Assembly (NCBI RefSeq): GCF_009914755.1 | Contig: NC_060931.1 | Reading direction: 5' to 3' (one strand) | Length of the DNA: 64,000 bases | Source: the human T2T-CHM13v2.0 reference genome, Homo sapiens | In this document: in pieces, positions 13,281 through 29,499 of the stretch | Numbering within the stretch: the stretch's first letter is position 1 | Layout: every line of letters starts with the position of its first letter | Position numbers and translations under genes: made by a program | The notes under the pieces: generated by a model | What the model saw: the letters and a program-made list of their open reading frames with translations, nothing else | Databases searched by the model: none | Told to the model about the DNA's origin: nothing

Positions 13281-14399
13281 ATGGTGGTAAAGTCATATTT
13301 CTGAGGGTCAAATAATTACTATAAGAAAATAAGTGCTAAAATAATTCAAAGAGATGAACAAAAGTAAATTTATATTGGATGATCATAATCACCCATTCTT
13401 TTTAAGTCAGGATCTGTATTATTATTTTGTGAACATTTGACATTTGTTTACTACCACAGATAACTTAGGGTATCTCTTTGAAACTTCTTACTTCTGTTGC
13501 CAGTTAACAGGAATAAAGATTTAAACTTGAATTAAAATGCCATTCAGGGACTTCCATTAACCAGTATCAGTTGGTTGCTTCTAAAGCTAACCATGAGAAA
13601 AATATATATATATTTAAAGAAACTTTAGCAAGGACTGTCCATTCATTGCCTGATGCTATTTGGGAACAAAATGGCTCAATTCTTTTTGTCCTCAGATTAA
13701 TAGAGCAAGCTCAAGTGTTATAAAGAGCACTTTAACTCCCTCCAATATTTTCACTGTGGTTTCTTGTGGCAGAGCTCATTTGCAATAATCCATGTGTAAT
13801 TTGGTAAACCAAATGGAAAATCTGGCATTGTAACAATTCTCTTTACTGGGAGAAATGCTAAATATATAAAAAATTGAAAGGCAAGGCAACCCCATTCTTC
13901 AACTTTATCATCTCTTTGACAAGTGAAATTTTCCATTTGTTGATAGAATATTAAAAAACAGATGACATAAAACTGAAGAAATGTAATGAGGAACTCTGAT
14001 ATGGTTGTCCTATGCTTTCTAAGTATTGTAAGATGTGAAATGTGTATTATAAAATGTCCTTCTCAAGAGATTGAATACTCCTAGACCTAAAATTGAATTA
14101 CTATAAAATACTTGAAATCATTAAAACAAGTATTTCTCTTTTTATTTGGAATATTATATATGTAAATAACATACACTAATTCTTATATCAGCCTGGTATT
14201 GGAGAAAGGCAACAAGGCTGAAGCAATGGGAAAGGGCTTTACTTCATAAGGATGACTTTTTTGAATGATAAAAGTACATAGTGAACCACAACATAAAAAA
14301 ACATTTAGGCATAAAGGCTAAATCACTTATTTTGAAGTAAAAAATCATAAGATTTATACACTAGAATTGAATGTTTATCAAGAATACAAAAAGAGACTT

Positions 14400-14732
<333 letters not shown>

Positions 14733-16829
14733 TTAATTACTCCATATGTTAGAGATTTTTAAATAAATTTTTGCTTAAAAATGCAACAGTGTCAACTTTG
14801 CTGTAATTTGATACTACTTTCATTTGAATTTACAACAGGGTGGGCTTATTTTTCACATTCCATAGAAATATAAGTTCCAGAGACTTCAGCATCACCTTTG
14901 GGATCTTATGAGGTCAGTAAATAATACCCTTTTCTTCCCATCTTATGTTCAGAATAGATTTAAAAATAAGGCAGAGGAAATAGATCGAGATTTAAACAAC
15001 AGCTTTATGACTGATAAAGCAGATTAGAGAATGTGGCATCAAACATGCATCAAATAGCTTCCCAACATGCCATCCCCAAAGTAGACAGACTCACACACCC
15101 AGAGACACACAGAGCTGTGGGCTTTTCCCATCCCATGGAGTTCATCTGAATGCACAAGAGCAAAGAACAAAAGTGGAGGTAGTGACTTCTAAAAGTAGGA
15201 AAGAAGGGCTGGGTTGGCTTTCCCCAAAACCTGCAATCAGTGAGAAGTGAGTGATGGGTGAGGAAATGAGGCAGTAGTACTATGCTACAGGGACCCTGTA
15301 CATGGAAAAACGAGGGGTAAAATAGTGTCTCCCGTCCCCAAAATTCAAATTGAAATAAGGAATCAGTGAGGGTGTGTAGCTTCCAGGGTGACAGCCTGCA
15401 GTCATCCTCCTTCACCTACTAAATATATATGTTTTTTTTCCTGCATATAGCACATACAAATAATATATATTTCATTTTTACAAAATATTTACTTCTTTTT
15501 CTCATTTTAGTGTTCGTTAGCCCATAGTACAGGCATATAACAGTTTTTTCCACAAAGTATTTTAACCTAGTACTGGAGATGAATGGATAGATAGGTAAGA
15601 TGATTGATACATATATATAGATAGAGAGAAAAAAAAAACTTCCAGAAAATACTGCATTGGGTCTAATCATCTTTTGTATTATAAAATAACAATAAAGGGT
15701 TACAGTCCATATAATAGATACTAACAAAATTAGTTACTAATTATGTATCTGAATTTATACGGGTTATTTGCCTTCCCTAGACTGCTTTATGCATCACAAC
15801 ATATAGCCTTGGATGCAGAATGCAATTTTCTATGCCCTTTAGAAACTGCTATTTCCCCTTTTTCATCTGGTTATACATTTTCATTGTGCCATCATTGTGA
15901 ATAATTGGGCTCACATGATACTAATAGCATAGAGATTTGGAATTTTTGCATTTATAAAGATCTAAAATAGTCATGATTAAATATTTGGAAGAAACTAAAA
16001 CTAATTTTGAATAACTGTTATTGTGATGGGGGATGGGATTCAATCTTAACACATTTAGGAAATGCAAAATAAATTATCTAATCTCCTTAATTATGTAGAG
16101 TATTTTAATATATGCAAAATTAAACTTTAAATGATCGTTCAGTAAGATCAAATATTCGTTATGAAATCACTATTTAATCATTGCTCATAGTTGCCTAACC
16201 CATTACAGTTCAAACTGCTGTTAAAAGAATGGCCTAAACTTGCAGTTTCACCTATTACATTGTTTGAGGAGCCACAGATCATAGCGTGTGTGGTCCAAAA
16301 AAAGTCAGAAAGAATAAAATTGATATTAGCATTTTTTGTTTACTTCTCTTAATATTGCTGAAAAAAGCAAAGACACTCTTCATCCTCCTTGATGTGATGC
16401 TGATTTTCCATTCAAGTGGAATCCCACAGCAGGACATTGGAATTAAGCAATAAAGTGCTCTTGGTGACCAAACACCAGACATGTCACAATTAACATGAGT
16501 AAATTAGGTTACATCTTATTTGTCAACTCATTTTCATTACTAGTTTTCTCTAACCACCAAATGGATGGGTTAGAAAGTGATGGATTATATGCCTGTTCAC
16601 CAAGCTGCTATAAGTGTCTTAGAGGCTTTGTCAAGAAAGTCACCCACGACTGGGCAAGCTAAAGGGACTTGCCAAAGGAGTCAAGAGGAGGTAGGCAGAG
16701 CATGAAAGCCCTTCTTAGGAGAATGAAAAAAGAAATGGGAACAGAAGCTAAAAGGTAAAGCAGATAATTGTAATTAAAGTTTCATTAGAAAGTATTCTCC
16801 AAAATCAACCAAATAAAGTTAGTGGGAAA

Positions 16830-17050
16830 CGGTATATAGATAATGGATAACAATCTAGGATTTGAAGTCAGACAGAACTAGACATGAATTTCAGCTCATA
16901 CATCAATAGACAGTACAACCTGAATAAATTTCTTAATTTTTCAACATTTCAATTTCCTCATTGAAAAATTGTCATAATAATACTATTATGATTGTGGCGA
17001 AGAGAAATGAATTTTTTTTGCATATCAAAATTGTTCAATAAACACTCCCT
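16830..17050 (+). mobile_element. MIR SINE (degenerate)
   Basis: GGATTTGAAGTCAGACAGAACTAG...CAATTTCCTCAT..AAAA. Confidence 0.6.
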
Positions 17051-19547
17051 ATAATTACTGCTGCTTTGCTGTGCTGTAGTTTTTATTAATGTAGAAAGGC
17101 ATTAGCTCCCATTTCTTTAAATTCAGCAGTGTAATTATGAATATCCATCACCATTTCTGCTGCCAAGACCACTGCAATGAAGTAGGGAAAAGGGAATGGC
17201 ATACTGAGATGAGAGCCAGTGGGAGTGGCCTGCCCCATGGTAAGGAGTATTTTATCACTTATATCATTTATAATTGTCTGTGAAAAGTGATTTTTAAAAA
17301 AACTGGCTTTTAATACAGTTTAAATTCCCTACAGATAATGCATCCCTTTATTGACTGTGCCAGTGAAACTGTCCGCTCACCATATCCTGCCCCATGCATC
17401 ACCACTGCTCTTTATACAGATGAAGTCTGAGGGCCAGAGAATACAAGCAAGTAGCCAAAGTTACAGAGGATCATTTTCAAGCTGCTTCTTTTCAAAAATA
17501 ATTCCACATTTTTTCAGTTCTTTCCAGCTCATTTGCCACTTCCTAACTTCTTTTGACTCATGTATCAGGTCCTTAGTTTGGTTTTCCTCCAAAATCTAAA
17601 CTAACACAAGCAAAATCCATTCATTTTCAGAGGTTCCTCATAGAAAAGGTAGAAACAAATATAGTGCATTCACTCTAAAGGATTTTTACTATTTCTGTTT
17701 CTACCTCTTATGCAGTATTCCTGGTCTCTGCTAGTCCAGTCTTACGAGGCTCTGTTAACAACTGGTGTGATGTACTAAAATGTTTGCCTGGAATAAGGCG
17801 ACGACAAAGTCGAGCCACCTTTATGCCATGTCATATTTTAATAGTGTTTTGTTTCTTAATCCTTCCCAAAAGGGAAAAAATACATGATAGCTCTTTTCCC
17901 CCAACTGTAAAGAAAAAAAGAAAAGCTAAAAATGTTGGGATTTCTTCCAGATTCTATTGCCCCTTCACTGAAGCTATTGTGAGATGTTTCTTTCAGTGTG
18001 TGTATTAAGAATCCACTCTGCTAGCTAAAGTCAGGTAAGTTTCCACTTGTCACCACTGAAGGAAGTAAAATGCCAAGAATGGAACAAATGACACACACCT
18101 TTATTTCCACCATACACAATGTGCCTTTCCACTTGGCAACACAAAGCAGAACAGATAAAGTAATATTCTGCTAAATAATTACGCACACCAAAACAATGGC
18201 TATTTGTGCAACTCAAGAAGAAATCGTTATGTTGTTTACTGTTCACAGTTCTCACTGTCAAAGGTCAATATTGTGTTTTGTGCCCTGATTGTCTTAAATT
18301 AATAAACACTATTCTCTTGCTGGGTTGAGAAAGAAAAGAGCAATCTGTCAAGAGAAGTATTTCTCTTTCATTAAAAGATTTTACTCAGTCCAGAAAACTG
18401 CTCCTACCTCCACCTTCCTGGCTAGTAATGAGAGAAAATCCATGGCAACCAGTTTCAAGCCACCTAAATAAAGATGTCCCAAAGAAATCCTATGATGAAT
18501 ATGATCTTTTTCCAGAAGAGCATTTCTCTCCATAATTATGCTATAAAACAGATTTCACACCATAGGTATAATGTATAAAACATAAGCTAAAATTTAGGGC
18601 CTAAGATTTGAAAAGTCTAAAACATTTCTATCTCAACAGTCTCTATTTACTCTAATCACTTTTCTATAAATAACTATATCCATGTGGTCTATTCCAAAAG
18701 TCCTCTAAGCATATCACATGTTTCTGCTCAGAAAAGTTTGATAGTACCAATTATTACTTACTTCAGGAAAAAGGATATGCATTTAATAAAATTAATTGGG
18801 GAAATTTATTCATAAATGAATATAAAGATTGTGGTGAGGATCCTTAAAATGCTCATTTCACACTCAACTCTAAAGTTTACTCATGATTTGACTAACCGAT
18901 AAAAGCTCTGCAATAAAAAAGCAACGTAATAATACAGTTTCTAAATGAGCAAGTATTGAAGCCAATTGAAACCTAGTAGGTGAAAAGGTTTTTTTTATAA
19001 ATGTTAAAAGCTGAAGCTTGAAGGGATAGGAAATAAAACATTTTAAAAGCATCAGTAAGAGACAATCTTAGGTATAAACATAATTATTTATTTAGGGGAT
19101 TCCTAGAGATAGATGCTGCAGCCAGCAAAGATATGATGGCACGTAAACCACATCAACAAGAGAAGTTGGAACAGCTGAAATGTGATGTTCCTCCCAGGGA
19201 AGCAATTTGGACTCAAACCAGGCCAACAGTGATGAAAAATCATTATCATTGAGTGACCAGTTCTTTAGTTGTGTCTCATTATGGTTTGAGAAAGGTATTT
19301 CAGGTCTGGACTTGGAAGCTAATGCTTTTATCACAAGCATCGAATGCTAATTTGTTAATCCAGATCTGCCAGGACAAGCATAGTTTCTTCTTATTTCAAT
19401 TACCTACACTGATGGTTAGAAAGCACACCAGAATCCAAGCATCTGTTTCATTTGAGATAAAAAGTGTTTAAAGAAAACAAAGTTAATACCATATGCATTA
19501 TAATTAAAATTCTGCTTGGACAATAAAAATGTTAATATATAAGTGAA

Positions 19548-19846
<299 letters not shown>

Positions 19847-22545
19847 TATAAAGTGAATTTTTTAAGCAAGGGGAAAAGCTCAAATTCAAATTTTAAATAA
19901 TCTGTTGGTTGATTCTCTATTAAATGAGTTCAAGAAAAAAGACTAATCATTCACATCCTCACTACCATCAGAGATTGCTAATTACCATCTTTTTCCAACT
20001 TTTTTGGGGCTAATTCAGAAATTCAATGTTTATGACATTTTTCAGTTAAATTCTTCATAATGTATACTCAACAAAAGACAAACATCTCACATCAGCCAGC
20101 AAGTTTCCTCCCAACACTTAATATCTTCATATTTGGTAAAGGTAACAATCCAAAATAAAATCATTTTACTTAACGGAATTAACAGAGAATGAAATCATCG
20201 CACTGTTTCTTTAAAATAATTGTCTAGAATATGAGGTTTTTCCACCAGGAAATATTATGAAAATACACATTGAAATTATTTCCTACTCAATCAGCAGTTC
20301 TATTAAGCATTTTACAATCAGATGCTTCAATGCAAGATGCAAATTGTTTTATTTCTGACTCCCCTCCCTCACATTGTGTGACTCCTGAAATTGCTTTAGA
20401 AGGAAGCACTTGTTTTTTAAAATAATATTGTAATTCTTTAATAGATACAAAACTAACAAAGAAACTTTGCTTTAACAAATAAGCAATCATTTAGGAGCAC
20501 ATATATCCCAAATATAAAAGATTGTAGATTTAAGCTATTTGTCTTTTTTCCAAGATCATTTGGTTTGAAAGATTCCTCTACTCAAAGGCAATGCGCATCA
20601 TTTCCACTTTGCTAGGTTATTTGGGAAACACTACAGAAGTGGTAGAGTTTATATGCCACAATGGTTACAATTATTGGCTTTAAAGTCAAACATGAGTCAG
20701 AGTCCCAGGTCTGCTACATAAGATTTTGTGATCTTGAGCCTCAGTGTTATTATGGGTAATTGGAATAAAAATAGTATCTTACATGTTTGCTGTAAAATTG
20801 CATTAAATAATGCTTAATGCCTATGTATAATAAACAACAAATGTTATCTATGATAATTGTGATTAATAGTATAATTAATAAATGGATATACATTTTTATT
20901 TCTATAAGTATGGCTGAGTAGATACCCTGAATCATTGTCTCAATTGAATCAATTAAAATTCCAGTTAAAATATAGCATTATTTTTCAAAGCATTGTTGAA
21001 CTGGCATGAAAGTTAGAAATTCAAAAGCCCTAAACAAAATTAAAGCATTACTGCTTACTCTAAGAGGTAAAAAAATAATAAATCTGGCATTCACCCGAGG
21101 GTTCGAGACCTTGCTATTCTAATCGGCAGGTTTGTGGAGTTAGGGACAGAAGACAAAGGCAGCACTCTGTTTATAGGTGGAATTTAGGATGAGACACTCC
21201 AGATAGCTGGAAAATGTTTACTGGAGCTTTGTTCTTGCTTTTATTTTTGTTGAATGGCAAATCATGCTTTCTATAAAATTTTTAAATCCTCAAAATAAAT
21301 TTAATTTAGAGTAATTTTGTTTGGTACTGGCCACGGGCAATTGGGAGAAGTAAATGCAACTTTTCTGAAAAATATCACTTTTGGCACAACCCTCAAATAA
21401 TTCCCACAGATAAAGTTCCAAGGATAAACAACTCAGAACTGAATATCATAAAACACACATACAGAAACAAGATATTATATGTAGAAATCTGTAGAAATAA
21501 TAGCAGAAACAAGCTGACAAACATTAAGAAAAGGAATTATTTGAAACACACTAAGAAATAACTCTATATGTCTAAAGAAACAAAAAAAGTTTGATATTTT
21601 GACTAGCAACTAGGAGACTATAAAAATGAACGTTCAGATTTGAAAAGGAACCAAATAAAATCTCAGGAAATACTGTACTAACTAAACTTAAAAAGTCAAT
21701 AACTGAATTAAATTCAGCAGCAGAGATAAATTATGAACTGGAAGAGATATTGTCCAGAAAATAGTCTGGAGAGACAAAGAGATGGAAGACAAAAAATGAA
21801 GTGAAGGGGCACAGACAGAAAAGGGCTGATCAATATGTAATTGTTGTTTCAAAGGGAGATAGAAAAAAATGGGAAATAAACGATCACAGAAAGAGATAAT
21901 AGTTGAGAACGTCATAGAATGTTTTAAAAAAAACCACAAATTCTCAGTTCTAAGAATATCAGTGAATACTAAGAAGGGTAAATAAATACATTTGCAAGAC
22001 GACAAATCATAACTAAACTGTGAAACACGGAAAAAAAAAGTCTTTATTGAAGCCAAGGAGAATAAACAAATTACCCACAAAGAAAAGGCAATTATATTGG
22101 TAGCTGACTTCACAACCACAGAAAGAAAAAAATAGATGTCTTGAATATTATTTTCAAGATGCTGAGATGAAATAACTATAATCTTAAAACTTTGTACTGA
22201 GCAAAAATATCAACCAAGAATAAGGGTGGATAAGGATATTTTCAGACCAAGAGAGTTAACACGAGAATTAAATATTTAAAGCTATGCTTCAGAAAGAAAG
22301 ATAATGATCCCAGATAGAAATCTGAGATGAAAGAAAAATAATGGACAAAGATACTGGTAAATATGTGAATAAATCATAAAATAAGAATGTCTATACAAGT
22401 ATGATTTATCAATAATATTTAAACATTAAAACATTAAAAAAAGAATGTCTTGGGTGTAGGTGGGTGGGAACAGATTCAAAATAAATTATAGGTCTCATAC
22501 AGTTACAAGGGAAATGATAGAACTTACAGGATTCTTATATTCAGG

Positions 22546-22646
22546 TAAGGTTGCCAGATTTAGGAAATGAAAATATGCTTTTCATTCATTGTTTACCTAA
22601 AATTCAAATTCAACTAAGTGTCCTGTTTTTTAGTCTGGCAACCCTA
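22546..22646. mobile_element. MER53-like hAT MITE, internally deleted
   Basis: Terminal inverted repeats AGGTTGCCAGA ... TCTGGCAACCCT. Confidence 0.75.
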
Positions 22647-23224
22647 TGTTAATTGATATGTATGAAAAAAAATTATGCTTAAATTTAAGTATGCAGTTAA
22701 TTTAATAATATAAAATCAATTAGTGCATTTTGCCATATTTACAGATTGAAAAGAAAAATCATATGACAACTTCAATAAATGTAAAAAAAATTAATCAATA
22801 AAATTCAATATTCATTAAAGGTAATCTTCAAATGGAAATATATAATACACTTTTTTAGTCTGCTTATGAGTATTATGAGAATCCTTAGTAAATGTCTTAC
22901 TTTGTGGTGACATTATAAAGTAATTTTCTTTAGAATCACGGATGACACAAGAATGGTTACTATCACTACATTTATTCCACATTGTGTTTGAGGTTCTGAC
23001 CACTGGAATAAGAGAAGAAAATAAAATTATAAATTCTCACAATTGGAAAGGAATAAAGCAAGTCATTCTCTCAGATTATGTAATTGTCCACCTAAAACAA
23101 AGAAATCTACGGGTAATTGTCAATATATTATTGATGTAATTATGGTGTGTGCTAAACTGGCTAGATAGGTAGTGATAGGTAGTGATTTTGGATTTGGACT
23201 CCCACTAACTTGGAATATTTCTGA

Positions 23225-23715
<491 letters not shown>

Positions 23716-24779
23716 TAAATATTTTTAAATAAATATAAAATACTATTGTATTTTTATATGTCAACATTAACAGAAAATGTAATTTTCAAAATGATATCAT
23801 TTTTCTATGGCAACAAAAAAGTACCAAGTACCTAGAAATAAATTTAATAAAAATTGGATAAGCATTGTGAAAAAAATTAACTTTTATAAAGGCAATAAAG
23901 AAAACATAAGTAAAGGGAGAATTATGCCATGAATCCATAAACATAATTGCATGTGCACATGCATACATACCCACAAGGTTGGTAATTGATAATAGAATGG
24001 AAGCTTCTGCTGAGTGGGGAGAACATGGACTCCAATACTTAATTGTGGGCCAATTAGTTATCATATAGAAGGAAAATAAAAGTGGATTGCTAACTTGCCA
24101 CAAAAAAATAAAGTTATAATATTTATGATTGGAAGGGAAATCTATAAAACTAGTAGAATACCATGAGGAAAAACAGGTTTATGACTTTAGGCTAAATATA
24201 AAAAACATATACCATAAAGGAAATTATAAATTAAACTACAGTAAAATTAAGAACTTCTGTTCATCAAAGTTTAAAAGGTAATTCATAAACTAGAAGACAT
24301 TAGCAACACATATTAGCCACAAATGCATATGACCTCAAAAATATTTTAAAACCCTGTAAATTGATAAGAAAAATATAAACATTTAAATAAAAATAAAAAA
24401 GGTAAAAAACACAGAAACACTTTTTACAGAGTAGAAAACACAAAATTCTTGTAAACATGAAAAATTTTCAGCTTCATTAGTAATCAGAAAAAATTTAAAT
24501 AACAATGAAAATTCAATAAATAATGACAAAAGTTGTACAATTTAAGAAATGGGACAATACCACATGTTGGCAGAATAAAAGGACGTATATTAATGAAAAT
24601 TCTCTTCCACTGCTAGTGGGAAGATAAATTGAAACACCTTTTGGGAAAGTTGAGCATTACCTGGTAAAGTGGAGTGTGTGTGAAATCTGCAATCCAGAAG
24701 CTCCATGTCTACACGTAAAGCTTAGAGAAATCCTTGCACAAGTGTTTCAGAAGCATTGCAAGAATCAAGAAAAGAGCAT

Positions 24780-25020
24780 CAGTGGTTAAGAACCACGAAC
24801 AACATAGTCAGGCTCTTAGATTGAAAACTCCTGTCTGCTACTTTATAACTCTATCTTAGTTAATTTATTAGCATTGTTATGTTCTTGCATCCTCAACTGT
24901 AAGTTGAAAATAACAATAGTACCTATTTCATAGGCTTGTGTTGATATTTAAATATTTAAAAGTGCTTGGAATAGTGCCTGGCACACAGTAAGTATTATAC
25001 TGTTATCTGTTATTATTATT
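24780..25020 (+). mobile_element. MIR SINE
   Basis: AGTGGTTAAGAAC...AATAGTACCTATTTCATAGG...AAAGTGCTTGGAATAGTGCCTGGCACACAGTAAG. Confidence 0.85.
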
Positions 25021-25620
25021 TACAACAGCATTGTTAATCATCAAAAAAAAAAAACCTGGAAATACTGCAAATATTTGCCACTAGGATATGTATGTATAAA
25101 ACTATATGTATACACACACATATATATTCATATATGTACACACATAAACACAATGGAATACAATATAACAGCAAAAATAAAAACTTTAGAATAAACAAGA
25201 TAAGCAACTCAGACTATACAATATGATGCAATTTTTGTGATTTTTTAAAGGCAAAATGTTACATTGTTTAAGAAGGTATATTTTATTAAACTTGGGGAAA
25301 AAGAGAGGGAATGATTTACATGAATTTAGAATTTCAGAATGGTTGTGTCCTCTTTGGAGACAATGAGTGGAATGAAAGCTGGGAGTGTGACCCAAGGGTT
25401 TCTATAGTGCTAATAATATTCTCTCTCTTAGCCTATAAGAAGATTGAGATTTATTTAGTCTTAAACTGTATGTATACCTCTTGTGCACATTTTATGTTCT
25501 GTATTTTGCCAAATATAGTGTGAAGTATTTTAATGTGAAGTATTCCACAAACTCAAGGTATAAATATGGCTTCTTTGCTTTAACTTTAAAATTAATTGCT
25601 TTACTTCTCACTTGCCTTGT

Positions 25621-25978
25621 TGATATGGTTTGGCTCTGTGTTGCCAACCCAAATCTCATGTGAAATTGTAATCCCCGTGTGTTGAAAGTAGGGCCTGGTT
25701 GGAGGTGATTGGATCATGGGGGTGGTTTCCAGTGGTTCAGCACCATCTCCCTAGTGCTGTCTCATGATCGGGTTATCACGAGATCTAATTATTTAAAAGT
25801 GGCTCTTCCCCTTTCTCCTGCTGCCATTTAAGATATGCCTTGCTTCCCCTCACCTTCAGCCATGATTATAAGTTTCCTGAGTCCTCCCGAGCCACATGGA
25901 ACTGTAAGTCAATTAAACATCTTTATAAATCACCAGTCTCAGGTAGCTTTTTATAGCAGTGTGGGAACAGATAATACA
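25621..25978 (+). mobile_element. MaLR solo LTR (MSTA-like)
   Basis: TGATATGGTTTGG...ATAATACA termini with a perfect 5-bp TSD CTTGT (25616-25620, 25979-25983). Confidence 0.92.
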
Positions 25979-27319
25979 CTTGTTAACAAGAAAATCATTT
26001 CCTCTCTAAAATACCACCTCCTTTACAAGTTGTCCTAAACATGGGTTTTTTTTTTCCACACCTAAGGAACTAAGATACACGAGTCCTGGATATTTTCTGT
26101 CTCTCATTTTCACTGCTTGTCACAATTGTATTGCAATGCTAGAAGCTAATTCAAAACAATTTTACTGACGATGGGGATGCAATATGACCCAGATGGAAAA
26201 TTTATATTATACACATCTCATCAGCAGCAATTTCTGAGATGAGGTTAGAGCAGCAGTAGAAATACAAAAGAAATAGAAGGAAACGGAGAATGGAATCATA
26301 GACAGCAGAAAAACATTTACCCCTTAAATGTCAAATTGGGGATAACAAAACCAAATTAGCCTCATACAAATTTTACCTCTCCTTAGTAATAATGATCCCT
26401 AAAACTATACTTCCTGAAACAGAAAACAAGCCCTGATTAACACTAAGGATGCTGTATTTCTTTTGAATTTCCTATTTTCTTCATGCAGAGCAATGTGTCA
26501 AATCCAAGTTGAGCTTCCTGCACAGGGCTGCTTAGGATCTGTTCATGATACACAAAGTGAGTTACTGGGTTGGAGGTTTCTAGCAGAGAGAGTCAGAATA
26601 AAGATGAGAAAAAATAGAAGAATGCCATTTTTAAATGCTTATTAGATGCGACATAAAAAAATGTATTCTAAGGTCTGTATTAAAAAGATTTTGCCCATAA
26701 TTCCAGGGTAAAAAATGTTAAGCATGACTGCACAGAAATGATAAGGCACTGATTTATGTATAGACTAGGGGAGACAACAATTTTTTGGTTAGACTATTCC
26801 GTCACACATTATAAAATGGCTTTTCCTTTTTTACTGTTTAGTTCAATAAATCTTCTTGTCTATTAATCTGAATTGCTGGCTCAAGCTACATACCATGATT
26901 TTCTCACTGAAATAAAGTCTGTGGGAGAGGCCCCTGGCATAAACTAAAATCTTATATCAAGTGCAGAATTCTTCTGTCTCCTGCAGGCCCATTGCAAGAT
27001 TTTACTGTGTTTGCTTACTAATATAAGCTAGAGAAATTCCCATTAATGTTTAAAGCAGTTGTAAGCCCCATGAGGACCCGAAATCACTTAAAATCCTTTA
27101 AGTGTTTTTCATAACACACATTAATCACTATTTCAGTCAAGACATATATGACAAGGAGTGATGAGCAAATAAAATGTTATAAATAAAATGCCTAGAAAAA
27201 TATTTATTAGTATTACATTATAGTATAGTTTATGAAGTTAAAAAAAGAAGATAACAAATATTAGCTAACAATGATATAAACCTGATAAAACAGTAATTGG
27301 AACTAAAGTGTTCTAATGT

Positions 27320-28891
27320 CCTAAAATTCTAAAGCCAAGGCTTTGGTAGCTGGGAACAAGAACAGCTATACTCCAGAGGCCAATGTGGGGAAAGTGGAGC
27401 CAGTCCTTCAAAGTCAAAGATGCAGCAAGTAAGAAAGAGTGAGCTGCCTAGACGTGTGACAGTAGGATGAGCCAAGGAAGCTCTGTGGCTGAGTCTTCTG
27501 GCAACACAATTTTGGGGATATTGACTCTTGAAAGACAAGCTGAGTCTGAGTTACCTGCTCTGAACCCAAAACACTTAAGAGCACAAAAATTCTATAGGGT
27601 TAGTTGGCAAAATTTCCAGAGATAAAAATGAAAATTTATGAATAACTTCACAAAGATTGCACAGACATAAGAAAGTAACCCACTTGGAGTCAATCCAGCC
27701 AAAACAAGAAATAAAAGAGTAATAATAAATTAATACCTGCAAGACAAAGATTTTGAAATTGTCAGTCCTGGCAGTCAGAAGAAATATGTATGAAATATTT
27801 AGAGAAATAAAATGGGCAATAGCAAAAATAAGCATAAATCAAGAAAATATCAGAAGTGAACAGACAAAATTGAAAAACAGAAATTCTAGAAAAAAATTTG
27901 AAATAAATAATTCAACAAATGTTTAAAACAGCCAGAAAGATATAGTTGAAATGAGAATTAGAGAGCTAGAGATACATAGAAATAATTTATCTGGAATGAA
28001 AAAAGAGAGATAATGAAATGAAAAATGTGACATAGGTTAGGAGATGTGGGTGTGATGAGTCTTATCTATTGTGATTACAGAAGAGAAACATTTGACTTTA
28101 TCATGGGGCTACTACATAATATATTGTTCAGTCTTAAGTTTTTATTAAAAAAACTTAAGGCTAATCACTTAAAGAACAGAATGTGTAAACTGCAAAACAA
28201 ATGTTGGGAGGAGTATAATAAGAGGGAAAATATGTTAATAAATCAATCAGTGTGAAAAAAAGTAATGAAGGAGAACATGTATAAAGAAAGAAAAGCAGAA
28301 TAGATAGAAACAAAAACACAAGAGGAACTTGAGAGTAAAAACAAATCTAAGCATATAAATACCCACGATAAATATAAATAAGCTAAATTTTGCATTGACA
28401 GATACTGTCAGAAAAGACATAGGAGTTAGCATACTTACTATATATCAAGTAATTACAGTTAGTTTTAATATTGATGTTTAACACACAGACCTTCTATTTT
28501 TAACTAATGAGGGCCTCTAAAGTTAAGTTCTGAGCTCTTGACATGACAACGGAGGTAGCTAGAATTGTTCTAGATTTAAGTTCCCATTTCTCCAAGATGT
28601 GTTGGTTTCTAAAACGACAGGGAATGGTATTTAGAGACCATGATCAAGGTATTATGGAGATTCAATCCTAGAGAACTGATGATAGTTTCTAGGCCTTTTC
28701 AGTAGACAAAGGAAGGAAATAGGCATTTCTTAAAAGGGAATGCAGCATAAAGCCTGAGTTCATATCAGTAATTCCTATTCGAAATTAAATTGTTTCTATC
28801 TCTTTTCTCTTGCACTGAAAATTTTCAGTTCCTAATGACATTAACATATTTTACTTATTTTATTCTACTAATAATAAAATAACAATCCTAA
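27320..28891. mobile_element. Ancient L1M fragments (host of the provirus)
   Basis: A-rich ORF1-like remnants at 27600-28430. The segment before 28891 appears to resume after 36882. Confidence 0.55.
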
Positions 28892-29478
28892 TGATACAGG
28901 AATTAAAAAGAAATTACTTAGGCAGAGAGTGAGGGTATGGAAGTCCTCGATAAGGTTTTCCTTTTAATGAAAAGCAGCCCCAAATTATTTTTCCTTCTAA
29001 CAAAAAAAAGCAGCCTGTAAAATCGAACTGCAGACATAGATGCTGGCAGTTGTGCCAATCATGTTCAAGATGGTGGCTCTATCCTCCCTTCTTTTTGTCA
29101 GTCACATGTACAGTAAGAAGCAGACAAGATGGCACCAATCAACTGAAAAGTTCACTTGCATAATAAGATTAGGGTGGGGTGACCAGCCTTCCCCACACGC
29201 TACATAAACATCACACCTGATCCAACCAATCTGTGAGCCCTATGTAAATCAGACACTGCCTACACAAGGTGGACTATAAAATCTGGCACATCTGCCACCA
29301 GCCAGTCTTTTCCACTCAGAAGACCCCATCTCTCAATAGAGAAAGTTGTTTTTCTTTCTCTTTTCTTCTGCCTATTAAACCTCTGCTCCTAAACTCCTTG
29401 TGTGTGTCTGTGTCCTAATTTTTCCTGGCATGAGATTACAAACCCCAGGTATATACCCCAGACAACATAGCAGCTTCA
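28892..29478 (+). promoter_or_regulatory. 5' LTR
   Basis: TGATACAGG...GCTTCA; CCAAT at 29055, 29135, 29226; GGGTGGGG at 29172; TATAAAA at 29275; ATTAAA at 29374. Confidence 0.92.
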
Positions 29479-29481
29479 TAT

Positions 29482-29499
29482 TGGGGGCTTAACTAGAAT
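29482..29499 (+). other. Degenerate primer-binding site, tRNA-Pro type
   Basis: TGGGGGCTTAACTAGAAT versus Pro PBS TGGGGGCTCGTCCGGGAT, 3 nt after the LTR end; most mismatches are transitions. Confidence 0.75.

Noticed and set aside
15050-15727. Two adjacent minus-strand ORFs (121 and 102 aa) in unique DNA
   Set aside because: Non-ATG starts, low-complexity composition and no recognisable homology.
21688-22119. 143-aa hydrophobic ORF
   Set aside because: Antisense of A-rich L1 sequence, which yields F/L/I/S-rich open frames by composition.
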